From Actinomycetes bacterium (GTDB lineage: Bacteria > Actinomycetota > Actinomycetes > Nanopelagicales > Nanopelagicaceae), in contig JBAXNY010000001.1 in assembly GCA_037133535.1 (NCBI GenBank), positions 1 through 36,161 on the forward strand: a DNA stretch of 36,161 bases, in the 5' to 3' direction. Shown here in pieces: positions 9,069 to 17,933 of this stretch (position 1 is its first letter; the number at the start of each line of letters is the position of its first letter). The notes beneath the pieces were generated by a model. It saw only the letters and a list, made by a program, of their open reading frames with translations, did not search any database and was not told the origin of the DNA. A program made the translations under genes and the position numbers.

Positions 9069-9306
9069 ATCTGCTCCTAGTCGTATCTGACCTGCGTCAG
9101 GGTTTGAAGTTATTGCAACTAGTGGCGTAATTAATGCGCAAGAAATACCGCAAATCATGGACAGAAGAATCTCTGTCAGTGACGTACCAATTCGCCGAAG
9201 CGATAGAGGTGGGAGCGGTAACTCCTCTTGCAGTGATTACATCACTGGTCTGATGAGAAGGTTACCCGAAAGGGTGGATTGCTCAAAATCCGAGCGGAAA
9301 AGCGGG
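9069..9306 (-). promoter_or_regulatory. infC-rpmI-rplT promoter and structured 5' leader (candidate)
   Basis: This 238-nt stretch is the largest non-coding span in the window. On the minus strand it holds five short hairpins: CAGTGAT-GTA-ATCACTG; TCGC-TTCG-GCGA; GACAGA-GATTCT-TCTGTC; CTGAC-GCAG-GTCAG; and AGAGG...CCTCT nested with GGAG...CTCC. A possible promoter is TTGAGC-N16-TAACCT at about 9287..9260. Confidence 0.3.
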
Positions 9307-10074
9307 CTAAGCGCCCATTCCGTGAAGGCCGCCATCGACATGGAGAATCTCCGCAGTTGTCTTCGGCAGCCAATCTGAGAGTAGAACTATGACTGCTTGT
9401 GCTGCAGGAACTGGATCGGAAACATCCCAATTCATCGGAGATCGCGCATTCCACACCTCTTCAAAATCGGCAAACCCTGGAATTGATTTCGCTGCCATTG
9501 TTTTGATCGGACCTGCTGCAACTAAATTCACTCGGATGTTCTCTTTACCTAAATCACGCGCTAAATAGCGAGAGGTTGATTCAAGCGCTGCCTTTGCAAC
9601 GCCCATCCAGTCATATTTTGGCCAAGCGACAGTGGCATCGAAATCAAGTCCCACCACTGATGCACTTGATCCAAAGAGTGGCTTGGCTGCCATAGTGAGT
9701 GATTTCAAAGAGAAAGCAGATACATGCATCGCAGTAGCTACATCTTCCCAAGCGGTATTAAGAAAATTTCCACCGAGGGCACTCTCTGGCGCAAAACCAA
9801 TCGAATGAACCACGCCATCTAAACCATCGACATGTTCTCTTACACGATCGGCCAGTGCCGCGAGATCTGTCTCTGATGTGACATCCAGTTCAATGACTGG
9901 CGCAGGTTGTGGCAGACGAGCGCTGATGCGTTCGGTCAATCGCAATACTCGGCCATAGGAAGTTAGTAGAACTGTGGCGCCCTCCTCTTGGGCTAGCCGT
10001 GCTACATGGAATGCAATCGATGCATCGGTAAGCACGCCAGTTACTAAAATTTTCTTGCCAGTGAGTAGTCCCAT
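9307..10074 (-). CDS. fabI: enoyl-[acyl-carrier-protein] reductase (NADH), InhA-like
   Basis: 255 aa. MGLLTGKKILVTGVLTDASIAFHVARLAQEEGA... closely parallels the InhA N-terminus. Sits downstream of fabG, as in the mycobacterial fabG1-inhA pair. Confidence 0.9.
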   Translation of the reverse strand: MGLLTGKKILVTGVLTDASIAFHVARLAQEEGATVLLTSYGRVLRLTERISARLPQPAPVIELDVTSETDLAALADRVREHVDGLDGVVHSIGFAPESALGGNFLNTAWEDVATAMHVSAFSLKSLTMAAKPLFGSSASVVGLDFDATVAWPKYDWMGVAKAALESTSRYLARDLGKENIRVNLVAAGPIKTMAAKSIPGFADFEEVWNARSPMNWDVSDPVPAAQAVIVLLSDWLPKTTAEILHVDGGLHGMGA

Positions 10075-10793
10075 TAGTGCCCCATTCCTAATCCGCCATC
10101 AACTGGAATTACTGCGCCGGTGATGTAACTTGCTGAATCTGATGCCAGAAATGCCACCGCTTTACCGACCTCACTAGGTGCGGCAAATCGCTCGAGCGGA
10201 ATCGCAGCACTGATCTCTTGGCGACGCGCATCGGTGAGTACCGCAGTCATGTCAGTCTCAACAAAACCGGGCGCCACAACATTGGAGGTGATGCCACGAC
10301 TTCCTAATTCGCGCGCAAAGGAGCGCGCCATGCCGATAACGCCAGCTTTGGTTGCGGAGTAATTGACTTGGCCACCTGAACCAATGGAGCCAACGACCGA
10401 GCCGATGAAAATCAAGCGACCGCGTTTGGCTTTAAGCATTCCCTTTGTTGCGCGACGGGCAACGCGAAAACTTCCCGTGAGGTTGGTATCGACCACATCG
10501 GTGAAATCTTCATCAGACATCCGCATCACCAAGCCATCGCGAGTAATTCCAGCATTGCAGACAATGATGGTGGCCAATCCATGTTCGGCCTCAATTGCAG
10601 CAAAAGCGGCATCAACGCTCTCGGTCGATGTCACATCCATCGCAACCGCAAAGTGTCCTTCAACACTCTCGCCACCGCGAGAGGCAGCGATAACAGTAAA
10701 ACCTGAACTTCGTAATTCGTTGGCAATAGCTAAACCAATACCGCGATTGCCCCCAGTAACAAGGGCGATCTCACTCGCTGAAATGTCAGACAT
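10074..10793 (-). CDS. fabG: 3-oxoacyl-[acyl-carrier-protein] reductase
   Basis: 239 aa SDR with TGGNRGIG, NAG and YSATKAG motifs. One-nt TAATG overlap with fabI. Confidence 0.9.
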   Translation of the reverse strand: MSDISASEIALVTGGNRGIGLAIANELRSSGFTVIAASRGGESVEGHFAVAMDVTSTESVDAAFAAIEAEHGLATIIVCNAGITRDGLVMRMSDEDFTDVVDTNLTGSFRVARRATKGMLKAKRGRLIFIGSVVGSIGSGGQVNYSATKAGVIGMARSFARELGSRGITSNVVAPGFVETDMTAVLTDARRQEISAAIPLERFAAPSEVGKAVAFLASDSASYITGAVIPVDGGLGMGH

Positions 10794-10894
10794 AGGTAAA
10801 ACTTACCTGTTACTCCCCCGTATCTAGGTATTCGCGCTTGATTTTCCGCAAGTTACAAGATGCACATCGCTCTGACAGCGCCTACGCTTGGGTC

Positions 10895-11161
10895 ATGGCC
10901 GATGAATTCTTTGACATTACTAGCGCACAGAAATCATTGAGCAATGATCTACCAGGTCGCCAACGTCGTTACTTCATCTCGATGATGATTCGTACCGCCT
11001 GTTTTATTCTCACCGTAATTCTGCCTAGCCCCTATCGCTGGTTTGCACTTGTCGGCGCCGTTGGTCTGCCATATTTTGCAGTTGTGATTGCCAATGCAGG
11101 ACGAGAAACTGTCTCTCGCGGCGAAGCTGTAATTACAGATAAACGTAAAAATCTCGAGTAG
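10895..11161 (+). CDS. DUF3099 family small membrane protein
   Basis: The pattern ...DITSAQKSLSNDLPGRQRRYFISMMIRTACFILTVIL...LPYFAVVIANAGRE matches the actinobacterial DUF3099 pattern (two TM helices). I start it at ATG 10895. The ORF track's longer version starts at TTG 10838, which is equally possible. Confidence 0.7.
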   Translation: MADEFFDITSAQKSLSNDLPGRQRRYFISMMIRTACFILTVILPSPYRWFALVGAVGLPYFAVVIANAGRETVSRGEAVITDKRKNLE

Positions 11162-11181
11162 CCAGGGGGTTTAATAGGCAG

Positions 11182-11877
11182 ATGGGACCCCGCCTCAAAT
11201 CTCTCGCTGCAACCCTGGTCGCACTACTTCTTGTCGCACTCTGCCTCTGGGCAGCGCAGTGGCAATATCACCGCGGAGTTGCACGGCACGCACTCAATAC
11301 TCAAATTACCTCGCAAGTGAATTCTCCGCCAGTCCTATTTGCCACACTCCTTGCTGAACCACAATCTCACGAGTGGCAGAAGACAACCTTGAGTGGAAAT
11401 TTCATCTCTGGCAAGCAGGTACTACTTCGCAATCAATATTCCAATGGCGCATTCGGCTATCACCTACTTCAACTATTTCACGAAGTTGGCGGTTCAGAAA
11501 TCTGGATCAATCGGGGTTGGATTCCTGCTGGCAAGAGCGCGGTAGCTACGCCCCTTCTTCCAGAAGAAGACCTTACTGATGCAACGTTGATTGGCCGGGT
11601 AAGACTAGATCGCACTCTTCCCCATGGTTCATTCTTTGCACTGCCTACTCGAAATCAGAGCGGACTTATTAAGCAGTGGAATGCTGCAAATTCCTTGACC
11701 ACTCCCGCAGTTCCCTTTTACTTGGATTTGCTCTCTGCTTCATCGAAAAATTTGGTACCGCAGAGCCCAGTGGAATTACCAGAATTAAGCGATGGTCCGC
11801 ATATGGCCTACGCCTTGCAGTGGATATTCTTCGCTGGCTTAGTGCTTTACGGAAGATTCTTAATTCGTCGCAGATAA
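11182..11877 (+). CDS. SURF1-family cytochrome oxidase biogenesis protein
   Basis: 231 aa. The N-terminal TM plus WQ..R motif (LWAAQWQYHRG) and the C-terminal GPHMAYALQWIFFAG TM are SURF1 hallmarks. Confidence 0.8.
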   Translation: MGPRLKSLAATLVALLLVALCLWAAQWQYHRGVARHALNTQITSQVNSPPVLFATLLAEPQSHEWQKTTLSGNFISGKQVLLRNQYSNGAFGYHLLQLFHEVGGSEIWINRGWIPAGKSAVATPLLPEEDLTDATLIGRVRLDRTLPHGSFFALPTRNQSGLIKQWNAANSLTTPAVPFYLDLLSASSKNLVPQSPVELPELSDGPHMAYALQWIFFAGLVLYGRFLIRRR

Positions 11878-13728
11878 GTCTTGACGGGCATACAAGTCGG
11901 CATACAAACCACCGGCGGCAACTAAAGCATCATGCTTTCCGCGCTCAACAATCTGACCCTTTTCAAGTACTAAAATCTGATCAGCATCGCGCACAGTACT
12001 CAAGCGATGTGCAATCACAATGCTGGTTCGCCCTTGCAGCGCAATCTTAAGCGCTTCCTGGACGAGTGCTTCATTCTCTGAATCCAAGTGCGCAGTAGCT
12101 TCATCAAGAATCACCACTGATGGTGCTTTAAGTAGCAAGCGAGCAATTGCAAGGCGTTGCTTTTCGCCACCTGACAAGCGATGACCGCGCTCTCCCACCA
12201 TAGTGTCTAGGCCATTAGGCAGTGATGAAATCAGTTTCCAGATTTGTGCTTGCTGACATGCTTGCTTCATTTCATCTTCGGTCGCATCTGCCTTTGCATA
12301 ACGCAAATTCTCTGCAATCGATTCATGAAAGAGGTGCGCATCTTGCATGACGACACCTATGGCACCGCGTAGTGAATTCATCGTGAGATCGCGAATATCA
12401 TTTCCATCGATAAAAATTCCGCCCTCTGTCACATCGTAGAGGCGCGGAATCAATGCGGTGATGGTGGTCTTACCAGCACCAGATGGGCCAACGAGTGCGG
12501 TAAGCGTTCCTGATTCTGCGGTGAATGAGATGTTTTTAAGAATCTCACCACTTTGTACTAACTCCGGCTTTGCCGCCGATTCGAGCGATGCTAACGAAAT
12601 TTCATCGGCACGCGGATAAGAGAAGCTCACATTACGAAATTCAACTGCAGGCTTTCGATTCTCTAAAACTTTAGCGTTGGCGCGATCTTGCACCATTGGT
12701 TGAAGATCCAGAACTTCGAAGACTCGTTCAAAGGAAACAAGTGAGGTCATGACATCTACCCGTACATTGGAGAGCGCAGTCAGCGGTCCATAAAGTCGAG
12801 CTAAGAGCGCAGTGATCGCAAGCAATGTTCCAACTGTCACTTTCCCAGTAATTGCTAGATGTCCACCGATTCCGAAGGCAAAAGCAGTCGCAATCGCGGC
12901 AACGCTGGTGAGTGCGATAAAGAAGAGTCGGTTAAGCAGAGCCATCGTGATTCCAATATCGGCAACGCGTCGTGCTTTACTGCGGAAAGTCTTCTCTTCT
13001 ACTTCAGCGCGGCCATAGAGCGCCACGAGCATTGCGCCGGAAACATTGAAGCGCTCTGTCATCGTGCTCGACATTTCGGCATTAGTTTGGAATGACTCAC
13101 GGGTGAGAATCTGCAACCTACGTCCAACCCACCGAGTGGGCAGGAGAAATACTGGCAGCAAGAGGAGTGAAACAACTGTGATCTGCCAAGAGAGAATCAA
13201 CATCGTAATAATTACCAAAATCAGAGAGACCACGTTGCTTACGACGCCAGAAAGAGTGGCGGTAAAGGCCTGCTGAGCGCCAATTACATCGGAGTTGATT
13301 CGGGAAATAAGTGCGCCAGTCTGGGTGCGAGTAAAGAATGCAATCGATTGGCGTTGCACATGTGCAAAAACCAGCGAGCGTAAATCGTAAATTAAGCCTT
13401 CACCGATTCGCGATGAGAACCAGCGACCGACAATGCTCATTAAGCCATCTCCAATTGCAATTAGCCCCACTGCAATCGCCAACATGGTGACAAGGTGGCC
13501 ATTCTTTGGAATTACTCCATCATCGATCAGGCGGCGCAGTAGGAGTGGAGAGGCAACCATCAAGAAGGCATCGATAACAACAGTCACCAAGAAGATGACG
13601 ATCTGCCACTTGTAGGGCTTAGCAAAGAGGAAGATACGGCGAACTGTGCCCGCTTTAAGTTTCTGATTCTTTACTGAGGAGTCGGCGGTCATAGACCGCA
13701 TCGACATCCACATCGCATGCTGTGACAT
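11860..13728 (-). CDS. ABC exporter, fused permease/ATPase (ABCB/MsbA-type half transporter)
   Basis: 622 aa. N-terminal 6-TM domain, then Walker A GPSGAGKTT, signature LSGGEKQR and Walker B VVILDEATAHLD. The start lies 3 nt after the sufT stop. The 3' end overlaps the convergent SURF1 gene by 18 nt. Confidence 0.88.
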   Translation of the reverse strand: MSQHAMWMSMRSMTADSSVKNQKLKAGTVRRIFLFAKPYKWQIVIFLVTVVIDAFLMVASPLLLRRLIDDGVIPKNGHLVTMLAIAVGLIAIGDGLMSIVGRWFSSRIGEGLIYDLRSLVFAHVQRQSIAFFTRTQTGALISRINSDVIGAQQAFTATLSGVVSNVVSLILVIITMLILSWQITVVSLLLLPVFLLPTRWVGRRLQILTRESFQTNAEMSSTMTERFNVSGAMLVALYGRAEVEEKTFRSKARRVADIGITMALLNRLFFIALTSVAAIATAFAFGIGGHLAITGKVTVGTLLAITALLARLYGPLTALSNVRVDVMTSLVSFERVFEVLDLQPMVQDRANAKVLENRKPAVEFRNVSFSYPRADEISLASLESAAKPELVQSGEILKNISFTAESGTLTALVGPSGAGKTTITALIPRLYDVTEGGIFIDGNDIRDLTMNSLRGAIGVVMQDAHLFHESIAENLRYAKADATEDEMKQACQQAQIWKLISSLPNGLDTMVGERGHRLSGGEKQRLAIARLLLKAPSVVILDEATAHLDSENEALVQEALKIALQGRTSIVIAHRLSTVRDADQILVLEKGQIVERGKHDALVAAGGLYADLYARQDLSATN

Positions 13729-13731
13729 TAT

Positions 13732-14043
13732 TTAAACGGTGAATCCGAGAGCCCGAAGCTGTTCTCTTCCGTCGTCGGTGATTTTATCTGGACCCCATGG
13801 TGGCATCCAGACCCAATTAATTTTTACATCTGCAGTTAGGCCAGCAAGTGCTTGATGAGTCTGATCTTCAATCACATCTTGGAGTGGGCAGGCAGCGGAG
13901 GTAAGAGTCATGTTGAGGACAGCAATGTTGTTCTCATCAACCATGACATCGTAAATCAGGCCAAGGTCAACCACATTGATACCTAATTCTGGGTCGACAA
14001 CATCTTTCATTGCCTCAGTAACATCATCAATTGCAGCAACCAT
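13732..14043 (-). CDS. sufT: Fe-S cluster assembly protein SufT (DUF59/MIP18 family)
   Basis: 103 aa with the DUF59 pattern (VVDPELGINVVDLGLIYDV...LTSAACPL). Last gene of the actinobacterial suf operon. Confidence 0.85.
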   Translation of the reverse strand: MVAAIDDVTEAMKDVVDPELGINVVDLGLIYDVMVDENNIAVLNMTLTSAACPLQDVIEDQTHQALAGLTADVKINWVWMPPWGPDKITDDGREQLRALGFTV

Positions 14044-14070
14044 GATTAGCCTCTTCTCTTCGTCGGAATT

Positions 14071-14508
14071 CTACTGTGCTTGCGCCTGAACGGATGCATC
14101 CTTAAATGCCATCCATCCCAGGAGCGCGCATTTAATACGAGCTGGATATTTTGAAACACCGGCAAATGCCACTGCATCATCGAGAATCTCAGGGTCTCCG
14201 GCTGATGTTCCCTTGCTCTGCATCAGCGCAGTGAATTCATCCAGAATCACATTTGCTTCTTTGATGCCAAGGCCAGTCACTAGATCGGACATCATGGAGA
14301 CACTGGCCTGTGAGATCGAACAACCAACTCCATCCCACGTTACTTCGGCGACTACTCCATCGTTCACTGAAACTTTCACCGTGACTTCATCACCACAACT
14401 GGGATTGATGTGATGCACTTGCACGCCAGAATTCTTGGAGAGGCCCTTATGCAGCGGGCGCTTGTAATGATCAAGAATGACTTGTTGGTAGAGCGAATCT
14501 AATTCCAT
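14071..14508 (-). CDS. sufU: SUF sulfur-transfer/scaffold protein SufU (NifU-like)
   Basis: 145 aa. The conserved Cys-containing motifs NPSCGDE, GVGCSISQAS and RIKCALLGW are all present. Confidence 0.9.
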   Translation of the reverse strand: MELDSLYQQVILDHYKRPLHKGLSKNSGVQVHHINPSCGDEVTVKVSVNDGVVAEVTWDGVGCSISQASVSMMSDLVTGLGIKEANVILDEFTALMQSKGTSAGDPEILDDAVAFAGVSKYPARIKCALLGWMAFKDASVQAQAQ

Positions 14509-15773
14509 TACTTATCCTTGAAATATTCCTGTGCGCCTGCAATGCCAGCAAGCAGTGCGTCAACTTCGCTGGCATCGTTGTAGAGATAGAAGGAAGCTCG
14601 AGTTGTCGCAGTAATGCCAAATTTGCGTGTGAGCGGCCAGGCGCAGTGATGTCCAGTTCGGACTGCGATTCCTTGCGAATCAAGATACTGACCTAGGTCG
14701 TGGGGATGAATTGCGCCAACGGTGAATGAAACTGTTCCGCCGCGATCGACGGTGCTCTCTGGTCCAAAGACTTTTGCACCATCAATTTTTGAAAGCCCAT
14801 TTAACAATTGTTCGGTGAGGAGTAGCTCGTGTGCTGAAATCTTTTCCAAGCCAACGTTGGTGAGATATTCCAAGGCACTTGCCAGACCTACAGCCTGTGC
14901 CATGTTGGGTACACCGGCTTCAAAGCGGCGCGGTGATGGTGCCCAAGTGGCATCGAGCATCGAAACATTTTCAATCATCGAGCCACCGAAGAGGAATGGC
15001 GGTAGATCTTCAAGTAATTCACTTCTGCCCCAGAGCACACCAATGCCAGTTGGGCCTAGCGCTTTATGTCCAGAGAAAGTGAGAAAATCGACTCCGAGTT
15101 TTTCAACATCTATTGCTTTATGTGGCGCAGATTGGCAGGCATCGAGAACTACGACTGCGCCAACTTCATGTGCGCGCGCCACAATCTGCTCAAGTGGATT
15201 AATTGTTCCGAGCACATTGGATTGATGTGTGAGTGCGACAATGCGAGTATTCGAGTCAATCAACTCGGAAATTTTACTCAGGTCAAGCCGTCCTTCAGGG
15301 GTTACTTCAAACCAGACCAATTCGGCGCCAGTGCGCTTTGCTAATTGTTGCCACGGAATCAGATTTGCGTGGTGCTCCATCTCGGTAACCACAATGCGAT
15401 CGCCTCGTTTGATCTGGAAGCGATTGAGTGAATCCCCACTAGAGAATGCATAAGCCAGAAGATTGAGGCTCTCCGTGGCACTCTTGGTAAAGATAATTTC
15501 ATCAACTGTGGCACCAAGGAACTTTGCAACGCTCTCGCGCCCACCTTCGTAGGCCTCTGTAGCCTCTTCTGCTAATTGATGAGCACCGCGATGTACTGCC
15601 GCATTGTGCATGCGGTAGAAATTAGCCTCTGCTGAAATGACGCTCTCTGGCTTCTGGCTTGTTGCACCACTATCGAGATAGACCAACTTTTTTCCATCGC
15701 GCACTGTTCGGGTAAAGATAGGAAAGTCACGGCGAATTGCAGCCGTGTCCAGTGGCGAGGAAGAATTACTCAT
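14508..15773 (-). CDS. sufS: cysteine desulfurase SufS
   Basis: 421 aa class V aminotransferase with PLP-Lys motif FSGHKALGPTGIG and active-site motif RTGHHCAWP. Confidence 0.93.
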   Translation of the reverse strand: MSNSSSPLDTAAIRRDFPIFTRTVRDGKKLVYLDSGATSQKPESVISAEANFYRMHNAAVHRGAHQLAEEATEAYEGGRESVAKFLGATVDEIIFTKSATESLNLLAYAFSSGDSLNRFQIKRGDRIVVTEMEHHANLIPWQQLAKRTGAELVWFEVTPEGRLDLSKISELIDSNTRIVALTHQSNVLGTINPLEQIVARAHEVGAVVVLDACQSAPHKAIDVEKLGVDFLTFSGHKALGPTGIGVLWGRSELLEDLPPFLFGGSMIENVSMLDATWAPSPRRFEAGVPNMAQAVGLASALEYLTNVGLEKISAHELLLTEQLLNGLSKIDGAKVFGPESTVDRGGTVSFTVGAIHPHDLGQYLDSQGIAVRTGHHCAWPLTRKFGITATTRASFYLYNDASEVDALLAGIAGAQEYFKDK

Positions 15774-15789
15774 AGCGAATTACTGACGA

Positions 15790-16542
15790 CTATTGCGTAA
15801 CGTATTCAGCGTAGCCAGATTCTTCGAGCTTCTCTGCTAACTCTGGGCCGCCCTCTTCAACTACTCGACCAGCAGCAAAAACGTGCACGAAATCTGGTTT
15901 GATGTAACGAAGAATGCGGGTGTAGTGAGTAATGAGCAGTACGCCAAGGTCATTAGCTGCCTTTGCGCGATTGACACCCTCAGAAACAATACGGAGCGCA
16001 TCAACATCGAGGCCAGAATCTGTCTCATCGAGAATCGCAATCTTTGGCTTCAATAATTCCAATTGCATGATTTCATGACGCTTCTTCTCACCGCCCGAGA
16101 AACCTTCATTAACGTTGCGCTCAGCAAATGCTGGATCCATGTTGAGTGCATTCATTGCATCCTTTACTTCGCCAACCCAAGTGCGAAGTTTTGGCGCTTC
16201 GCCGCGAAGTGCTGTTGCGGCAGTACGAAGAAAGTTAGAGACCGAAACACCAGGAACTTCAACCGGGTATTGCATCGCAAGAAAGAGGCCAGCACGTGCA
16301 CGCTCATCCACTGTCATTTCAAGGAGATCAACGCCATCGAGCGTTACTGAACCACCTGTGATCTTGTACTTAGGGTGACCGGCAATTGAGTAAGCAAGTG
16401 TTGATTTACCAGAACCGTTAGGTCCCATAACTGCATGTGTCTCACCGGAGCGGATTGTGAGATCCACGCCTTTAAGAATCTCTTTAGCGCCAGCTTCGGT
16501 ATCGACTGAAACTTGCAGGTTCTTGATTTCTAGTGTGCTCAT
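15790..16542 (-). CDS. sufC: Fe-S cluster assembly ATPase SufC
   Basis: 250 aa with Walker A GPNGSGKST, FSGGEKKRHEI and ILDETDSGLD. Confidence 0.95.
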   Translation of the reverse strand: MSTLEIKNLQVSVDTEAGAKEILKGVDLTIRSGETHAVMGPNGSGKSTLAYSIAGHPKYKITGGSVTLDGVDLLEMTVDERARAGLFLAMQYPVEVPGVSVSNFLRTAATALRGEAPKLRTWVGEVKDAMNALNMDPAFAERNVNEGFSGGEKKRHEIMQLELLKPKIAILDETDSGLDVDALRIVSEGVNRAKAANDLGVLLITHYTRILRYIKPDFVHVFAAGRVVEEGGPELAEKLEESGYAEYVTQ

Positions 16543-16553
16543 CGCTTCTCCTC

Positions 16554-16850
16554 TTATGCCGTCACGGTGACGGTGTCACCATCGATAGAAATTGAATATG
16601 TCTCAAGTGCTTGCGTTGCAGGTGGTGTCGTAGCCTCGCCATTACGGAGATCAAATTGCGCACCGTGTAACCAGCACTCAATCTTGTAGCCATCGAGTTC
16701 GCCCTCACTCAGTGATGCATCTGCATGTGTGCAGGTATCTGCAACCGCAAAAACTTCATCGCCCACACGAGCGACGCAGACGCTAGTGCCATCAACATCT
16801 ACTTTGACCGCACTGCCAGGAGCTAATGAACTCAATTGCAATTGGGCCAT
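16554..16850 (-). CDS. Rieske [2Fe-2S] ferredoxin-like protein embedded in the suf operon
   Basis: 98 aa with Rieske ligand motifs CTH (DTCTHADA) and CWLHG. The same sufD-Rieske-sufC arrangement is known in Streptomyces and mycobacteria. Confidence 0.85.
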   Translation of the reverse strand: MAQLQLSSLAPGSAVKVDVDGTSVCVARVGDEVFAVADTCTHADASLSEGELDGYKIECWLHGAQFDLRNGEATTPPATQALETYSISIDGDTVTVTA

Positions 16851-17933
16851 TTACGCACCCACTCGCGAGAGCTCAGTATCAATGTGTGTCATTAAACGCT
16901 CTTGAATATCTTCAGCGCCGATGTGACCAATAATTTCGGCGAAGAAACCACGAACGACAAGGCGACGGGCATCATTGCTTTCGATGCCGCGTGACATCAG
17001 ATAGAAGAGTTGTTCATCGTCGAAGCGACCTGTTGTACTGGCGTGTCCGGCACCAACAATTTCGCCAGTTTCAATCTCTAAGTTAGGGACTGAATCAGCA
17101 CGTGCGCCATCACTGAGCAGAAGATTGCGATTGAGTTCGTAAGTATCAGTACCCTCTGCTGCGGCGCGAATAAATACATCGCCGATCCAGACGGTATGGG
17201 CCTTCTCCCCTGTCAATGCACCTTTGTAATTCACACGAGATTTAGCGCGAGGCACCAAGTGATCGACATGTAGGCGATGCTCTTGATGTTGGCCAGCGCT
17301 TGCAAAATAGACACCATTGAGACTTACGCTTGCACCTTCACCACGAAACTCCACAGTAGGCAGAATGCGGACGAGCGATCCACCTAATGTGACAACGATT
17401 GATTCAAGTGAAGCATCGCGATCGAGAATGGCGTGATGGCGAGCTGAATAAACAGTATCTGCGCTCCACTCCTGCAATGAGATAAATGTGAGTGAGGCTC
17501 CTGCGCCAAGTTCCATCTCGAGATCTTCGCCAAGAATGGTGCTTCCAGAATTCTCCAGAATCACCTTGGCATGAGCATTAACTCCAAGTGAAATTTTGAC
17601 TCGTGAATATTCGCCAGCAACGCTCTTGCGCCCTAAGTAGATAGGTTCGGCAACAGTGATGCCTTTATCGATCGAAAGATGGGAAATCGCAGTAACTTCT
17701 GATCGAGCATGAAGTACTACTGCATCATCACTTTGACTAAATGGCGCAATCGCATCCGGTGCAACTTGAGCGAATGTAACTCCAGTAGTTAAACCAGTAC
17801 GAAGGAAGAGTGAGATCTCGCCGCCGCGCACCACAGTTCCGTCATGGAGTCCACCCATTCGAGCAAGTGGTGTAAATCGCCATGCTTCTTCGCGTCCAGT
17901 AGGAGTGAGGTAGTTGGTTTGTAAACCTTGCAT
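16851..17933 (-). CDS. sufD: Fe-S cluster assembly protein SufD
   Basis: 360 aa with SufB/D beta-helix family features and the C-terminal [14 protein letters not shown] motif. Sits between sufB and sufC. Confidence 0.9.
   Translation of the reverse strand: MQGLQTNYLTPTGREEAWRFTPLARMGGLHDGTVVRGGEISLFLRTGLTTGVTFAQVAPDAIAPFSQSDDAVVLHARSEVTAISHLSIDKGITVAEPIYLGRKSVAGEYSRVKISLGVNAHAKVILENSGSTILGEDLEMELGAGASLTFISLQEWSADTVYSARHHAILDRDASLESIVVTLGGSLVRILPTVEFRGEGASVSLNGVYFASAGQHQEHRLHVDHLVPRAKSRVNYKGALTGEKAHTVWIGDVFIRAAAEGTDTYELNRNLLLSDGARADSVPNLEIETGEIVGAGHASTTGRFDDEQLFYLMSRGIESNDARRLVVRGFFAEIIGHIGAEDIQERLMTHIDTELSRVGA

Noticed and set aside
9069-9158. ATG-initiated 30-codon N-terminal extension of infC (ORF track start 9158)
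   Set aside because: It has no Shine-Dalgarno, and its hydrophobic sequence is unlike IF-3. A perfect AGGAG plus ATC sits at the position where homologous IF-3 proteins begin.
10794-10808. Inverted repeat AGGTAA-AAC-TTACCT abutting the fabG ATG
   Set aside because: It has only 6-bp arms in an AT-rich spacer and probably contains the fabG ribosome-binding purines. A chance occurrence cannot be excluded without comparative data.
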